Notes: generated by a model from the letters alone, not told the origin. A stretch of 64,000 nt of DNA from Myxococcota bacterium (GCA_041611735.1 JBFIML010000002.1:91402-155401), one strand, 5' to 3'. Counted from the stretch's first letter, positions 10,314 through 19,834 are shown. Translations and numbers: made by a program.

Positions 10314-13048
10314 CGGACGCGTCGCGTGGTGCGCACCAGACGCTCGGCCTGGATGCGGTTCAGGTTCAGGAAGACGTGCGCCGCGATGCGCGGATAGCGC
10401 CGCCGCAGCCGCTCCAGGTCGTCCGGATCGAAGGCGATCACCCTGGTGTCGCCGAGGGCGTCCACGTCGGCGGTGCGGTTCTCGGAAAACAGGCCGATCT
10501 CGCCGAAGCTGTCGCCCCGGGTCATGGTGGCGAGCTCGATGCGGCCGGACCCGCGCTGCAGGGAGCTGCGCAGGGTGCCGTCGAGGATCACGTAGAGGGT
10601 GCGTCCCTTGTCGCCCTCGCGGAAGAGGGTCGCGCCCGCCGGGACGGTCCGGATGTCGGACATCAGGGCGAAGACGCGCGCCTGCCGCTGGCTCAGTCCG
10701 GCGAAGAGGGGGATCGAGCGCTGGGGCTCCGGACCGAGATCGAGGGTCAGCAGGTCCCACAGGGTCACGATGCGCGAGCCCGCGCAGAGCGCCGGCGTGA
10801 GCGTCACGTCGGTGAGCCAGGCCACGCCCAGGGTGAAGGCCGCCAGGACGCCGAACTCCGCCTGGCTGCGCAGCTCGCTGGTCCACAGCACGAGGAAGCC
10901 GGCGCACAGCCCCACGCTCGTGAACGTGACGGGGCGGATCAGGCCGCGCAGGGCCGAGAGCGTGGCGCTCCGCTCGTCGGCCAGGCGTTTGGCGTCGCTG
11001 TTGAAGCGCGCGAAGTAGTGGATCGTGTCGTCCACGGCGATGCCGAGGGCCAGGCACCCCACCAGGCTGGTCCAGGGGTTCAGGGTGACGCCGGTCAGGC
11101 CCAGGGTGCCGAAGTAGACCGCGATGGGCAGAACGTTCGGGAAGAGCGCCCGCAGTCCCATGCGGAAGGACGTGAAGAGGACCGCCAGCACCAGGTAGAT
11201 CACGCCGAAGGCCAGCAGCAGGCTCGTCCACTGGCCGCGCGCCACTTCGTCGAGGCTGCGGTCCAGCAGCACCAGGCTCCCGGTCACGTGGCCGCGCAGG
11301 TGCTGGGGCAGCTCGGCCAGGCGCGCCTCGATACGCGCGACCAGGGACCCGGTCTGCTGCGAGTCGGTGGAGCGGGCACGCACGTGAACCTTGACGAACT
11401 GGTGACGGGCGTCGACCAGGCGCGCCGTCTCGGGGCTCGCCCCGAAGAAGAAGAGCTGCGTGACCAGGGACTTGCGCTCCGGGATCACGAAGAAGGCCGG
11501 ATCGTCGTCCTGCAGGGCCCGGTACAGCATCTTCACGTAGTCGACGACCGAGATGGCCTCGCCCACCTCGGGCTGGGCCCGCAGCCACTCCTGCAGCGCA
11601 TCGAGCTGGCGCAGGTTGGCCGGCTCCAGGAAGGCGTCCGGCACGTCGGACTCCACGAGCACCTGGATCTCGTTGGCGCCCCCCAGGCGCGCGTTGATCG
11701 CCTCGGCTGCGACGCGGACCGGCGCGTGCTCGGGAAAGTTGGTCACGAAGTGGGAAGCCACGCGGATGCGCGTGGTGCCCGCCAGGGCGACCGCCAGGGC
11801 GACCACGCCGGCGCTGATCACGAGGGTCCGGCGGCGGGTGGCGAAGTCGCCCAGGCGCTCCGCCAGGCGCTGGAGGCGCGCGCCTTCCGCGCGGGCGGGA
11901 AGGCGGGCGGGCCGCGGGAGCAGGGCCAGGACCGCCGGGGTGAAGGTCAGGGCCGCGGCCACCGTGTAGAGCACCCCGAGCACGGAGAACCAGCCGAACT
12001 CGCGGATCGCCAGGATCGGGCTCACGCCGAGGGCCAGGAAGCCCGCCGCGGTGGTGAGACCCGTCACCAGCACCGGGACGCCCACTTCGCCCAGGACTCC
12101 CTCCACCAGGGGCCGCGGCGCGCCCGACGCGTCCGGAGCGGACCGACCCAGCCACGCGTAGTACTCGGCCACCACGTGCATGGCGTAGCTGAAACCGATG
12201 GTGAGGATGAGGGGCGGCACGATCGTGGCCACCAGGTTGAGCTCGCGGCCGAGCCAGCCGAGCGTGCCGAGCGTCCAGACCTCGGCGATGCCGATGGTCG
12301 CCAGCGGGAGACACACGGCGCGCGCGGTGCGGAAGGCCACGAACAGCACCACGGCCAGGATCCCCACCACGGCCGGGAGGACGATGGAGAGGTCCCGGAG
12401 GATGGTCCGGCTGATCACCGTCTCCACGTGGGGGGAGCCACTGATCCAGACCTCGGCGTCTCCGGCCTCGGCCTGGGCGATCCCGGCGATCTCCGTGTCG
12501 ATCCCGCGCGCGACCACCTCCCGGCCCCCCAGGCGCTCGAGCTGCACCAGGAGCGCGGTGGTGCGGGCGTCCCGGGAGACCAGGGTTCCCGCGTAGATCG
12601 GGTTGGCGAGCGCCTCGCGGCGCAGCCGCGCCAGGGCCTCGGCGTCCGAGGGCACCTCGTCCACGAAGGGCGCCACCTCCACGTCGCCGTCCACGCTGCG
12701 CACGTTCAAGGCGCTGGAGAGGGAGAGGACGTTGTAGACGCCGTCCACCGCCGCCATGCGTTCGGTCATGCGCACCACGGCGCTGAGCACCTCCGGCGTG
12801 AAGACGTCCTGCACGCCGAGGGCGATGACGATGGTGTCGTCGCTCCCGAACTGGAGCCGCGCCCGCTCGTAGAGAGCGAGGTCGGGCCCGCTCGAGGGGA
12901 GCAGCGAGTCCACGGCCGGATTGACTGCGAGGCGCAACGCACCGCTGCGGGGATCGACCAGGCCCAGCAACGCCAGCGCCGTGAGAACTCCGACCGCCAG
13001 CAGCACCGGGATCGGATGCCGGGCGATGGGACGCAACCAGCGAGTCAC
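10310..13048 (-). CDS. MMPL/RND-family transporter with C-terminal cyclic-nucleotide-binding domain (~912 aa)
   Basis: Two RND TM repeats (TGLTTAAGFLAL; LGIAVDDTIHYF; TSVGLCAGFLVL) and C-terminal LFREGDKG...FGEIGLFSENRTADV; GTG at 13048. Confidence 0.88.
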   Translation of the reverse strand: MTRWLRPIARHPIPVLLAVGVLTALALLGLVDPRSGALRLAVNPAVDSLLPSSGPDLALYERARLQFGSDDTIVIALGVQDVFTPEVLSAVVRMTERMAAVDGVYNVLSLSSALNVRSVDGDVEVAPFVDEVPSDAEALARLRREALANPIYAGTLVSRDARTTALLVQLERLGGREVVARGIDTEIAGIAQAEAGDAEVWISGSPHVETVISRTILRDLSIVLPAVVGILAVVLFVAFRTARAVCLPLATIGIAEVWTLGTLGWLGRELNLVATIVPPLILTIGFSYAMHVVAEYYAWLGRSAPDASGAPRPLVEGVLGEVGVPVLVTGLTTAAGFLALGVSPILAIREFGWFSVLGVLYTVAAALTFTPAVLALLPRPARLPARAEGARLQRLAERLGDFATRRRTLVISAGVVALAVALAGTTRIRVASHFVTNFPEHAPVRVAAEAINARLGGANEIQVLVESDVPDAFLEPANLRQLDALQEWLRAQPEVGEAISVVDYVKMLYRALQDDDPAFFVIPERKSLVTQLFFFGASPETARLVDARHQFVKVHVRARSTDSQQTGSLVARIEARLAELPQHLRGHVTGSLVLLDRSLDEVARGQWTSLLLAFGVIYLVLAVLFTSFRMGLRALFPNVLPIAVYFGTLGLTGVTLNPWTSLVGCLALGIAVDDTIHYFARFNSDAKRLADERSATLSALRGLIRPVTFTSVGLCAGFLVLWTSELRSQAEFGVLAAFTLGVAWLTDVTLTPALCAGSRIVTLWDLLTLDLGPEPQRSIPLFAGLSQRQARVFALMSDIRTVPAGATLFREGDKGRTLYVILDGTLRSSLQRGSGRIELATMTRGDSFGEIGLFSENRTADVDALGDTRVIAFDPDDLERLRRRYPRIAAHVFLNLNRIQAERLVRTTRRVR

Positions 13049-13111
13049 CGTTCCCCGCTCTCCGCCCGCGCCCGCCGGCGGGCGGAACACCGCCCTCCCC
13101 GGGGCGGCGCT

Positions 13112-13900
13112 CTAGTGCCCGCGCGCCAGTGCCGAAGACGTGAACAGCCGATCGGGAAGCTCCGGATCCACCTCGATCCGCTCGACAGAGAGCCGGGTCT
13201 CCGTGTTCTCCTTGAGGTCTCGAACGCGGATGGCGTGCGGCATCCAGGAGCCTCCCTCCCGGGAGATCTGCGACGGATCCGCCGTCACCACCTTTCGGGG
13301 TTGCTCACCGCGCTCGTAGAACTCGATCTGGATCGGCACGCAGGTCTCCCGGTGCACGTGGGCCACGATGCGCTCGTAGACGGAGCGGTCCTCTGGCGGA
13401 GGCGTGATGGCGAGCACGTGGACCGGCTGGTCCGCGAGCGTCGCGTCGGGAAGCCGCTCGAGCTCCGCCCCCTTGGCCAGGCGCTGCAGGCGCCGGAAGT
13501 CCTCGTAGCTGAAGTCCGTGCCGAAGAGCGATCCGGACATGGCATGGGGGGCGACGCGGCGCACGCGCTTCAAGTCGGGCAGGTAGACGAAGACCTCCAC
13601 CGCGCCCTCCTGCTCCAGCAGCAGGTAGGAGGAGCCGCGCAGGTCCGGCGGCGCTTCGAGACGCAGGAGCACCTTGGAGCGATCCGCTTCACCCCGTTTC
13701 CAGTACAGGCTCCCCTTCAGGGTACGCTCGCCGCCGGTGCGGTCCACGGCCTGCAGCGTCAGCCGTTGGATGCTCCCCTTCTGCGGCAGGTTGTCCCGGA
13801 TGCAGCGCTCCACCTGCTCTTCCGCCGGGCCGGCCTCGACGGTCGGCGCCAGGAGTCCGAGCAGGGCGAACAGCAACCCCGACGTGCGAGCCCGATGCAT
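13112..13900 (-). CDS. Outer-membrane lipoprotein-sorting (LolA-like) periplasmic protein
   Basis: Signal peptide; PPDLRGSSYL, VYLPDLKRVRR, SLFGTDFSYEDF and C-terminal LPDRLFT motifs typical of this family. Confidence 0.85.
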   Translation of the reverse strand: MHRARTSGLLFALLGLLAPTVEAGPAEEQVERCIRDNLPQKGSIQRLTLQAVDRTGGERTLKGSLYWKRGEADRSKVLLRLEAPPDLRGSSYLLLEQEGAVEVFVYLPDLKRVRRVAPHAMSGSLFGTDFSYEDFRRLQRLAKGAELERLPDATLADQPVHVLAITPPPEDRSVYERIVAHVHRETCVPIQIEFYERGEQPRKVVTADPSQISREGGSWMPHAIRVRDLKENTETRLSVERIEVDPELPDRLFTSSALARGH

Positions 13901-13991
13901 GCCTCCTCACCTCCCTCCGGGGCGCCCGGTTCGCCCTCCATCCTACGAGGAAGCGGGCCCCGGCCGGAAGCCACTCCGGTAGGATTCGGCC

Positions 13992-14738
13992 GTGCAGGAC
14001 CGCTCCCCCCAGCGCTCGGGCCTTCGCCCCGCTTCCCGCCACCGGGCGACCGGTCTCGCCCTTCTGGGCCTCCTCGGGGCCGGGGAGGCCGCGGGCAGCG
14101 ACCCCTCCTGGGTGCTGCGCCGCCAGGAGGACGGCGTCACGGTGCACACCCGCGCCGTGCCCGGGTCGAGCCTGGAGGAGTTCCGGGGCGTGACGCGGAT
14201 CCGGGCCCCCCTGCGCGCCCTGGTGGAGATGCTCCTCGACGTGGACCGCTATCCGGAGTGGATGCACGACTGCCGCGAGGCCCGCGTCCTGGAGCGCCGG
14301 GGCATCGAGGGGGGGCTCACCTACACCGTGACCGACGCGCCCTGGCCGGTGCGCGACCGGGACGTGGTGGCGCGCTGGACCCTGACCCAGGACGCGGCGG
14401 GAGGAGTCACCATCGCCTTCGTCGCGGAGCCGGAGGCCCTCCCGCCCCGGGACGGCCACGTCCGCGTCCCACGGACCCGCGGGCTCTACCGCCTGACACC
14501 CGGGCAGGACGGCAGCACGGAGGTCCTCTACCAGCTCCACAGCGATTCGGGCGGGCTGCTGCCCGGCTGGCTGGCCCGCTCCTGGGTGGTCGCCATCCCG
14601 TTCCACTCGCTGCGCAACCTGCCGGGGCACCTGGCCCGGACCGGCTACACGGGCCGCGAGGAGGTCTACCGGGCCATCCGGGAGCCGCCGAAAACCGCGT
14701 CGGAGCGCGGGTTTGACCCGCCGCGGGGGGGCCGGTAG
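13992..14738 (+). CDS. Secreted START-domain (lipid-binding) protein
   Basis: Signal-like N terminus, W-x5-DGVTV, YPEWMHDC, APWPVRDRDVV, SGGLLPGWL motifs. Confidence 0.8.
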   Translation: MQDRSPQRSGLRPASRHRATGLALLGLLGAGEAAGSDPSWVLRRQEDGVTVHTRAVPGSSLEEFRGVTRIRAPLRALVEMLLDVDRYPEWMHDCREARVLERRGIEGGLTYTVTDAPWPVRDRDVVARWTLTQDAAGGVTIAFVAEPEALPPRDGHVRVPRTRGLYRLTPGQDGSTEVLYQLHSDSGGLLPGWLARSWVVAIPFHSLRNLPGHLARTGYTGREEVYRAIREPPKTASERGFDPPRGGR

Positions 14739-14741
14739 ATT
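14713..14741 (+). promoter_or_regulatory. Sigma70-type promoter for SRP RNA / dnaX
   Basis: TTGACC (14713-18), 17-nt spacer, TAGATT (14736-41). Confidence 0.7.
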
Positions 14742-14768
14742 CGCCGGGTCCGATCTGCGGCGAGGCGC

Positions 14769-14872
14769 GATCGCAGGGTCCCGCCCGGGTCCGAGGCTCC
14801 GCGAACCCCGTCAGGCCCGGAAGGGAGCAGCGGTAGTGGAGCGTCGACGGCGGGCGGGGGCGCCCTGCGATC
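14769..14872 (+). ncRNA. ffs: SRP RNA (4.5S); hairpin may extend to 14746-14895
   Basis: Conserved domain IV GTCAGGCCCGGAAGGGAGCAGC inside a long hairpin; typical position upstream of dnaX. Confidence 0.93.
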
Positions 14873-14912
14873 CTGCCTCGCCGCAGCGGCGACCCGAGGC
14901 GGTGCCCCCCGT

Positions 14913-16643
14913 TTGAGCTACCAGGTTCTCGCGCGCAAGTGGCGACCCGGGACCTTCGACGAGGTCACCGGCCAGCCCCACGTGACCGCCGCGCTGCGCA
15001 ACGCCATCCGCCTGGGCCGGGTGCCCCATGCGCTGCTCCTGGCGGGCCCTCGCGGCGTGGGGAAGACCACGCTGGCCCGCATCCTGGCCCGCTGCCTGAA
15101 CTGCGAGAAGGGTCCCACGGACACCCCGTGTGGCGAGTGCGCTCCCTGCCGCGAGATCGCCGCGGGCAGCTCCACGGACGTCCAGGAGATGGATGCGGCG
15201 AGCCGCACCGGCGTCGACGACGTGCGCGACCTGATCGAGTCGGTGCGCTACGCGCCATCCCCGGGCAAGTACCGCATCTTCGTCGTGGACGAGGTGCACA
15301 TGCTCTCCACGGCCGCCTTCAACGCGCTGCTGAAGACCCTGGAGGAGCCGCCGCCCCGCAGCCTGTTCGTGTTCGCCACCACGAACCCCGAGAAGATTCC
15401 GTACACGGTGCTCTCCCGCTGCCAGCGCTACGACCTGCGCCGCATTCCCACCGCCGAGGTGACGACCCGTCTGGGAGAGATCGCCCGCGCCGAGAAGATC
15501 GACATCTCTCCGGCCAGCCTCCAGGCCATCGCCCGGGAGGGCGAGGGCTCCCTGCGCGACGCGCTCACCCTCCTCGACCAGGCGGTGGCCTATGCCGGCG
15601 CCCAGGTGGACGATGCCCGGGTGGCCGAGGTGCTCGACCTGATCGATCGGCGCCTGCTGCTCGCCATCCTCGAGGCCTGCGTGGCCGGCGACCCGGCGCG
15701 CGCGCTCGAAGCCACGGGACGGGCGGCCGAGGCGGGGGTGGAGGCCCGGCGGCTCGGCAGTGCCCTGCTCGGACTGCTGCGGGACCTGGTGGTGCTGCGG
15801 GTCGCCCCCGAGGCCCCCGGGCTGGTGGAGGGAAGCGACAGCGAGGTGGCGGAGCTGCGCGCCCTGGCGGAGCGGGCGGAGCCCGCCCGGCTGCGGCGGA
15901 TGTTCCGGGCGCTCCTGCGCGAGCAGGAGGATCTGGCCTGGGCCCCCCAGCCCCTGACCGTTCTCGAGATGGCGCTGCTGCGGCTCGCGACCCTGGCGGA
16001 GGGCGACGACGTGCAGACCCTGCTGAACCGGCTCGAGGCCCTGGAGCGGAGGCTCGAGGGCGAGCCCCCCCCGCCCGGCGGCGCGGCGGGCGGGGGGGCG
16101 GCCCGAGCGCGGAGCGCCCGCTCCGCGGAGCGCCCCACCGGCGGCTCGCGGCGGAGCGACGCCGGAGCCGGCCCGGCCCGGGCCGCGGGGGACAATGGGG
16201 CGACCACCGAGACTCCGGTGCCAGCCCAGAGCGGGGCGGACGCACCCGAGGCGGAGGCTTCCCTGGGCACGGTCTTCGATCGCCTGCGCGCCCTGGCCCA
16301 GGGCGACGACCGCACCCTGGCGGGCGCCCTGGAGGGCGGTTGCCTGGTGGAGCGCGGCCCGGACCGGCTGCGGATCGCGCTTCCGAACCCCTTCGCAGCC
16401 CGCCGGCTGGAGCGCCGGGTGGCGGACCTCGAGGCCCTGGCCGCGCGGCTCTTCGGGCGTCCGGTGCGGATCGCGGTGGAGGGGCCCGCCGAGGAGGGGA
16501 ACGACGCCGCCCGCCGGGTCCAGGAGAGCGACCTGGCCCGACGTCGACGTCAGGAGGCCCTGGCGAACCCGGCCGTGAACGAGACCCTCCAGGTGCTGGG
16601 CGGCGAGGTGCTGGAGATCCGCCCGCTCGGACCTCCCCGATGA
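14913..16643 (+). CDS. dnaX: DNA polymerase III subunit gamma/tau
   Basis: SYQVLARKWRP, GPRGVGKTT, Zn cysteines, DEVHML, SRC; TTG start. Confidence 0.97.
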   Translation: MSYQVLARKWRPGTFDEVTGQPHVTAALRNAIRLGRVPHALLLAGPRGVGKTTLARILARCLNCEKGPTDTPCGECAPCREIAAGSSTDVQEMDAASRTGVDDVRDLIESVRYAPSPGKYRIFVVDEVHMLSTAAFNALLKTLEEPPPRSLFVFATTNPEKIPYTVLSRCQRYDLRRIPTAEVTTRLGEIARAEKIDISPASLQAIAREGEGSLRDALTLLDQAVAYAGAQVDDARVAEVLDLIDRRLLLAILEACVAGDPARALEATGRAAEAGVEARRLGSALLGLLRDLVVLRVAPEAPGLVEGSDSEVAELRALAERAEPARLRRMFRALLREQEDLAWAPQPLTVLEMALLRLATLAEGDDVQTLLNRLEALERRLEGEPPPPGGAAGGGAARARSARSAERPTGGSRRSDAGAGPARAAGDNGATTETPVPAQSGADAPEAEASLGTVFDRLRALAQGDDRTLAGALEGGCLVERGPDRLRIALPNPFAARRLERRVADLEALAARLFGRPVRIAVEGPAEEGNDAARRVQESDLARRRRQEALANPAVNETLQVLGGEVLEIRPLGPPR

Positions 16644-16993
16644 CGGCTGCGAACCTGGGCGAGCTGCTGAACCGTGCGCGCGAGGTCCAGGAACGCCTGG
16701 CACGCGTCCAGCGCGAGCTCGCCGGGCGCACGGTGGAGGGCTCCGCGGGCGGCGGACTGGTCACCGTGGTCGCCAGCGGCGAGCTGCGCATCCGCAGCGT
16801 CCGCATCGAACCCCAGCTCCTGGAAGGGGGGGATCGGGAGATGCTCGGAGACCTCCTGGCGGCGGCGGTGAATGCCGCGCTGGCGAACGCCCAGCGCATG
16901 ATCCAGGAGGAGATGCAGCGGGCCGCGGGTGGCCTGTCCCTGGGCGCCGGACCGCCCGGCGGAAGCGATCCAGGACCGGATCCGGGCCGCTAG
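16640..16993 (+). CDS. ybaB: YbaB/EbfC nucleoid-associated protein
   Basis: VEGSAGGGLVTV...DREMLGDLLAAAVNAA; ATGA overlap with dnaX; dnaX-ybaB-recR synteny. Confidence 0.93.
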   Translation: MTAANLGELLNRAREVQERLARVQRELAGRTVEGSAGGGLVTVVASGELRIRSVRIEPQLLEGGDREMLGDLLAAAVNAALANAQRMIQEEMQRAAGGLSLGAGPPGGSDPGPDPGR

Positions 16994-17023
16994 CGTCGCC
17001 CGCGAGCTGCTAGCCTCGCCCGC

Positions 17024-17623
17024 GTGCGCACCTCGCCCCCCATCGAGCGGCTCGTGGCGGGTCTGCGGCGTCTGCCCGGCATCGGCGAGAAGTCCGCGAC
17101 GCGGCTCGCGTTCCACCTGCTGTCGGCCCCGGAGGCACACGTGCGCGAGCTCGCCGAGGCGATGCTCCGGCTCAAGAAGGAGATCGTGCTCTGCGGCGAG
17201 TGCTTCGACCTGACCGAGTCCTCGCCCTGCCCGATCTGCCGGGACGAGCGACGCGACGCCGGCCTGCTTTGCGTGGTGGAGGAGCCCGCGGATCTGGCGG
17301 CCATCGAGCGCACGGGCCGCTTCCCGGGGCGCTACCACGTGCTGGGAGGCACCCTGGCCCCGATCGAGGGCATCGGCCCCGAGGACCTGCGCATCTCCGA
17401 GCTGGTGGGGCGGGTCCAGCGAGGGAGCGTGCGCGAGGTAGTGCTGGCCACGAACCCCACCGCGGAGGGCGATGCCACCGCCCACTACCTGGCCGACCGC
17501 CTGCGCGGCAGCGAAGTACGCCTCACCCGCATCGCCTGCGGCATGCCTCTGGGCGGCGATCTCGAGTACGCCGACCACGTGACCGTGGCCCGCTCCCTGG
17601 AGAACCGGCGGGAGATCGACTAA
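17024..17623 (+). CDS. recR: Recombination mediator RecR
   Basis: LPGIGEKSATRLA HhH, C4 zinc finger, Toprim VVEEPAD, ATNPTAEGDATA. Confidence 0.97.
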   Translation: MRTSPPIERLVAGLRRLPGIGEKSATRLAFHLLSAPEAHVRELAEAMLRLKKEIVLCGECFDLTESSPCPICRDERRDAGLLCVVEEPADLAAIERTGRFPGRYHVLGGTLAPIEGIGPEDLRISELVGRVQRGSVREVVLATNPTAEGDATAHYLADRLRGSEVRLTRIACGMPLGGDLEYADHVTVARSLENRREID

Positions 17624-17776
17624 AGCCCCGCCGGGCGGGCGCCGATCCACCCGGAGACCGGGGGACCGGGCGCCCGGGCCACGTGCCGGGCGGCTGCGCC
17701 TGCAGCTTGCCCCACTCGCGGCCCGCAGGGTAGAGTGCGGGCGTTTCCGTTCCCTCCCAGGCGGTTGCGAGCACGG

Positions 17777-18274
17777 ATGCCGATTCTCGACACCCAGCTG
17801 GTGATGTACGACGAGGACTACCGCAAGGTCCTCGCCGTATGCCAGCGGCTCGCCCAGGACGCCCATGCCAAGGGTGTTTTCGTGGTGGACAAGAACGGCC
17901 AGCTGCTGGCCGAGGCGGGCGACGTGCGGGGAATCGACACCACGAGCCTGGCCTCCCTCACGGCGGGAAGCGTCGCTGCCACCGGCGGCCTCGCCAAGAT
18001 CATCGGCGAGGAGGAGTTCCCGGTCCATTTCCACCAGGGGCAACGCGACAACCTGCACATCACGGTCGTCGCTCGACGCATGATCCTGGTGGTGATCTTC
18101 GACGAGAAGAGCTCGCTCGGCCTGGTTCGTTTGCGGGTCAAGAAGGCCGGGGCGGAGTTGGCGCGTCTGTTCGAGGAGATCCAGAAGAAATCGGAGCGTG
18201 CCGCGAGCACCGAGGGGGGAACTCCCTTCTCGGAGATCACGGACGACGACATCGACAACCTGTTCGCGGACTGA
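17777..18274 (+). CDS. mglB: Roadblock/LC7 protein MglB (GAP of MglA)
   Basis: TQLVMY...VDKNGQL...IDTTSLASLTAG...SLGLVRLRVKKA...PFSEITDDDIDNLF, closely resembling myxobacterial MglB. Confidence 0.95.
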   Translation: MPILDTQLVMYDEDYRKVLAVCQRLAQDAHAKGVFVVDKNGQLLAEAGDVRGIDTTSLASLTAGSVAATGGLAKIIGEEEFPVHFHQGQRDNLHITVVARRMILVVIFDEKSSLGLVRLRVKKAGAELARLFEEIQKKSERAASTEGGTPFSEITDDDIDNLFAD

Positions 18275-18283
18275 CGCGGGGCC

Positions 18284-18874
18284 ATGTCTTTCATCAACTA
18301 CTCTTCGCGCGAGATCAACTGCAAGATCGTGTACTACGGTCCGGGGTTGTGCGGGAAGACGACCAACCTCCAGTACATCTACAACAAGACCAACCCGGAC
18401 CTGAAGGGCAAGATGATCTCCCTGGCCACGGAGACCGAGCGCACGCTCTTCTTCGACTTCCTGCCGCTGGCGCTCGGGCAGATCCGCGGCTTCAAGACCC
18501 GCTTTCATCTCTATACGGTGCCGGGCCAGGTGTTCTACGACGCCAGCCGCAAGCTGATCCTCAAGGGCGTAGACGGCGTCGTGTTCGTGGCGGACAGCCA
18601 GATCGAGCGCATGGAGGCGAACATCGAGAGCCTCGACAACCTGCGCGTGAACCTGCGCGAGCAGGGCTACGAGCTCGACAAGCTGCCGTACGTGATCCAG
18701 TACAACAAGCGCGACCTGCCCAATTCGGCGCCCCTCGCAGAGATGCGTCGCGTGCTGAACCCGCGCAACGTGCCCGACTTCGAGGCGAGCGCCACCGTCG
18801 GCACCGGTGTCTTCGAGACCCTCAAGGCCATCGCCAAGTCCGTCCTCACCGACCTGCGCCGCATGGCCGGCTAG
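18284..18874 (+). CDS. mglA: Small Ras-like GTPase MglA
   Basis: [29 protein letters not shown]...TVPGQVFY...NKRD. Confidence 0.98.
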   Translation: MSFINYSSREINCKIVYYGPGLCGKTTNLQYIYNKTNPDLKGKMISLATETERTLFFDFLPLALGQIRGFKTRFHLYTVPGQVFYDASRKLILKGVDGVVFVADSQIERMEANIESLDNLRVNLREQGYELDKLPYVIQYNKRDLPNSAPLAEMRRVLNPRNVPDFEASATVGTGVFETLKAIAKSVLTDLRRMAG

Positions 18875-18968
18875 GGGCACGTGGTCGATTCGTTGCTTCG
18901 GGCGGCCCGGGGTCCTGCCGGGCCTGGAGTCCATTAGTCAACAACGTCCCCCACGCTAACCTCAGGGC

Positions 18969-19793
18969 GTGCCGCTCACCGGGGTCCGGGGCAAGAAGAC
19001 CTACTACGAGGTGCACGGCGACGCGGGGTCCCCCCCGCTCGTGCTCGTCATGGGCATGGGGGGCTCCTGCCGCGGCTGGCACGCGCTCCAGGTGCCCGAG
19101 TTCTCGAGGCAGCGGCGCACCGTCCTCTTCGACAACCGGGGGGTGGGCGAGAGCGAGGATCCGGGCGGGCCGTTCACGACCGCCGATTTGGCCGACGACA
19201 CCGTGGCCCTTCTCGACGCCCTCCACATCGAGCGTGCCGACGTGCTCGGCGCCTTCATGGGCGGCATGATCGCCCAAGAGCTGGCGCTGCGGCACCCCCG
19301 GCGCGTCGACCGGCTGGTGCTGGTGGGGACGTGGGCCCGGCCAGACGCCGCGCGGCGTCTGCTGCTGCGCAAGTGGCGCGATACCGTGCGGGCGGGCATT
19401 CCCTTCGAGATCCAGGTGCAGGAGCGGCTGTTGTGGACCCTGTCCGACGCCACCCTGGAGCAGACCGACCTGATCGACGCCATGGTGCGCTTCCACCTGC
19501 GCGACCAGGCGCCGCTCTCCGACGACCTGTTCGTGCGCCAGTGCGACGCCTGTCTGGCCCACGACACCCTGGAGCGCCTGGGCGACATCCCGCATCGGAC
19601 GCTCGTCGTGTGCGGGCAGCAGGACCGACTCACGCCCCCGCATCTGCACCGCCAGCTGGTGGCGGGCCTGCCCGACGCCCACCTGATGACGGTGCCCAAC
19701 GCCGCCCACCTGATCCTGGCCGAAGCCGCCCAGCGCTTCAACCACGCCGTCCTGCAGTTCCTGGCTGAGGACCGCAGGGACGCTCCTGACTGA
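18969..19793 (+). CDS. Alpha/beta-hydrolase fold protein (nucleophile Ser replaced by Phe)
   Basis: FDNRGVGES, LGAFMGGMIAQ, GQQDRLTP, AAHL. Confidence 0.85.
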   Translation: MPLTGVRGKKTYYEVHGDAGSPPLVLVMGMGGSCRGWHALQVPEFSRQRRTVLFDNRGVGESEDPGGPFTTADLADDTVALLDALHIERADVLGAFMGGMIAQELALRHPRRVDRLVLVGTWARPDAARRLLLRKWRDTVRAGIPFEIQVQERLLWTLSDATLEQTDLIDAMVRFHLRDQAPLSDDLFVRQCDACLAHDTLERLGDIPHRTLVVCGQQDRLTPPHLHRQLVAGLPDAHLMTVPNAAHLILAEAAQRFNHAVLQFLAEDRRDAPD

Positions 19794-19834
19794 TCGACTT
19801 CTTGGCCTGGCGCGTGGGCCGAAGAGTCGATGAG

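Noticed and set aside
10314-12314. Apparent 1685-aa ORF 7257..12314
   Set aside because: The upstream 667 codons are an off-frame overlap with the MMPL gene; the real start is the ATG at 10313 overlapping the MMPL stop
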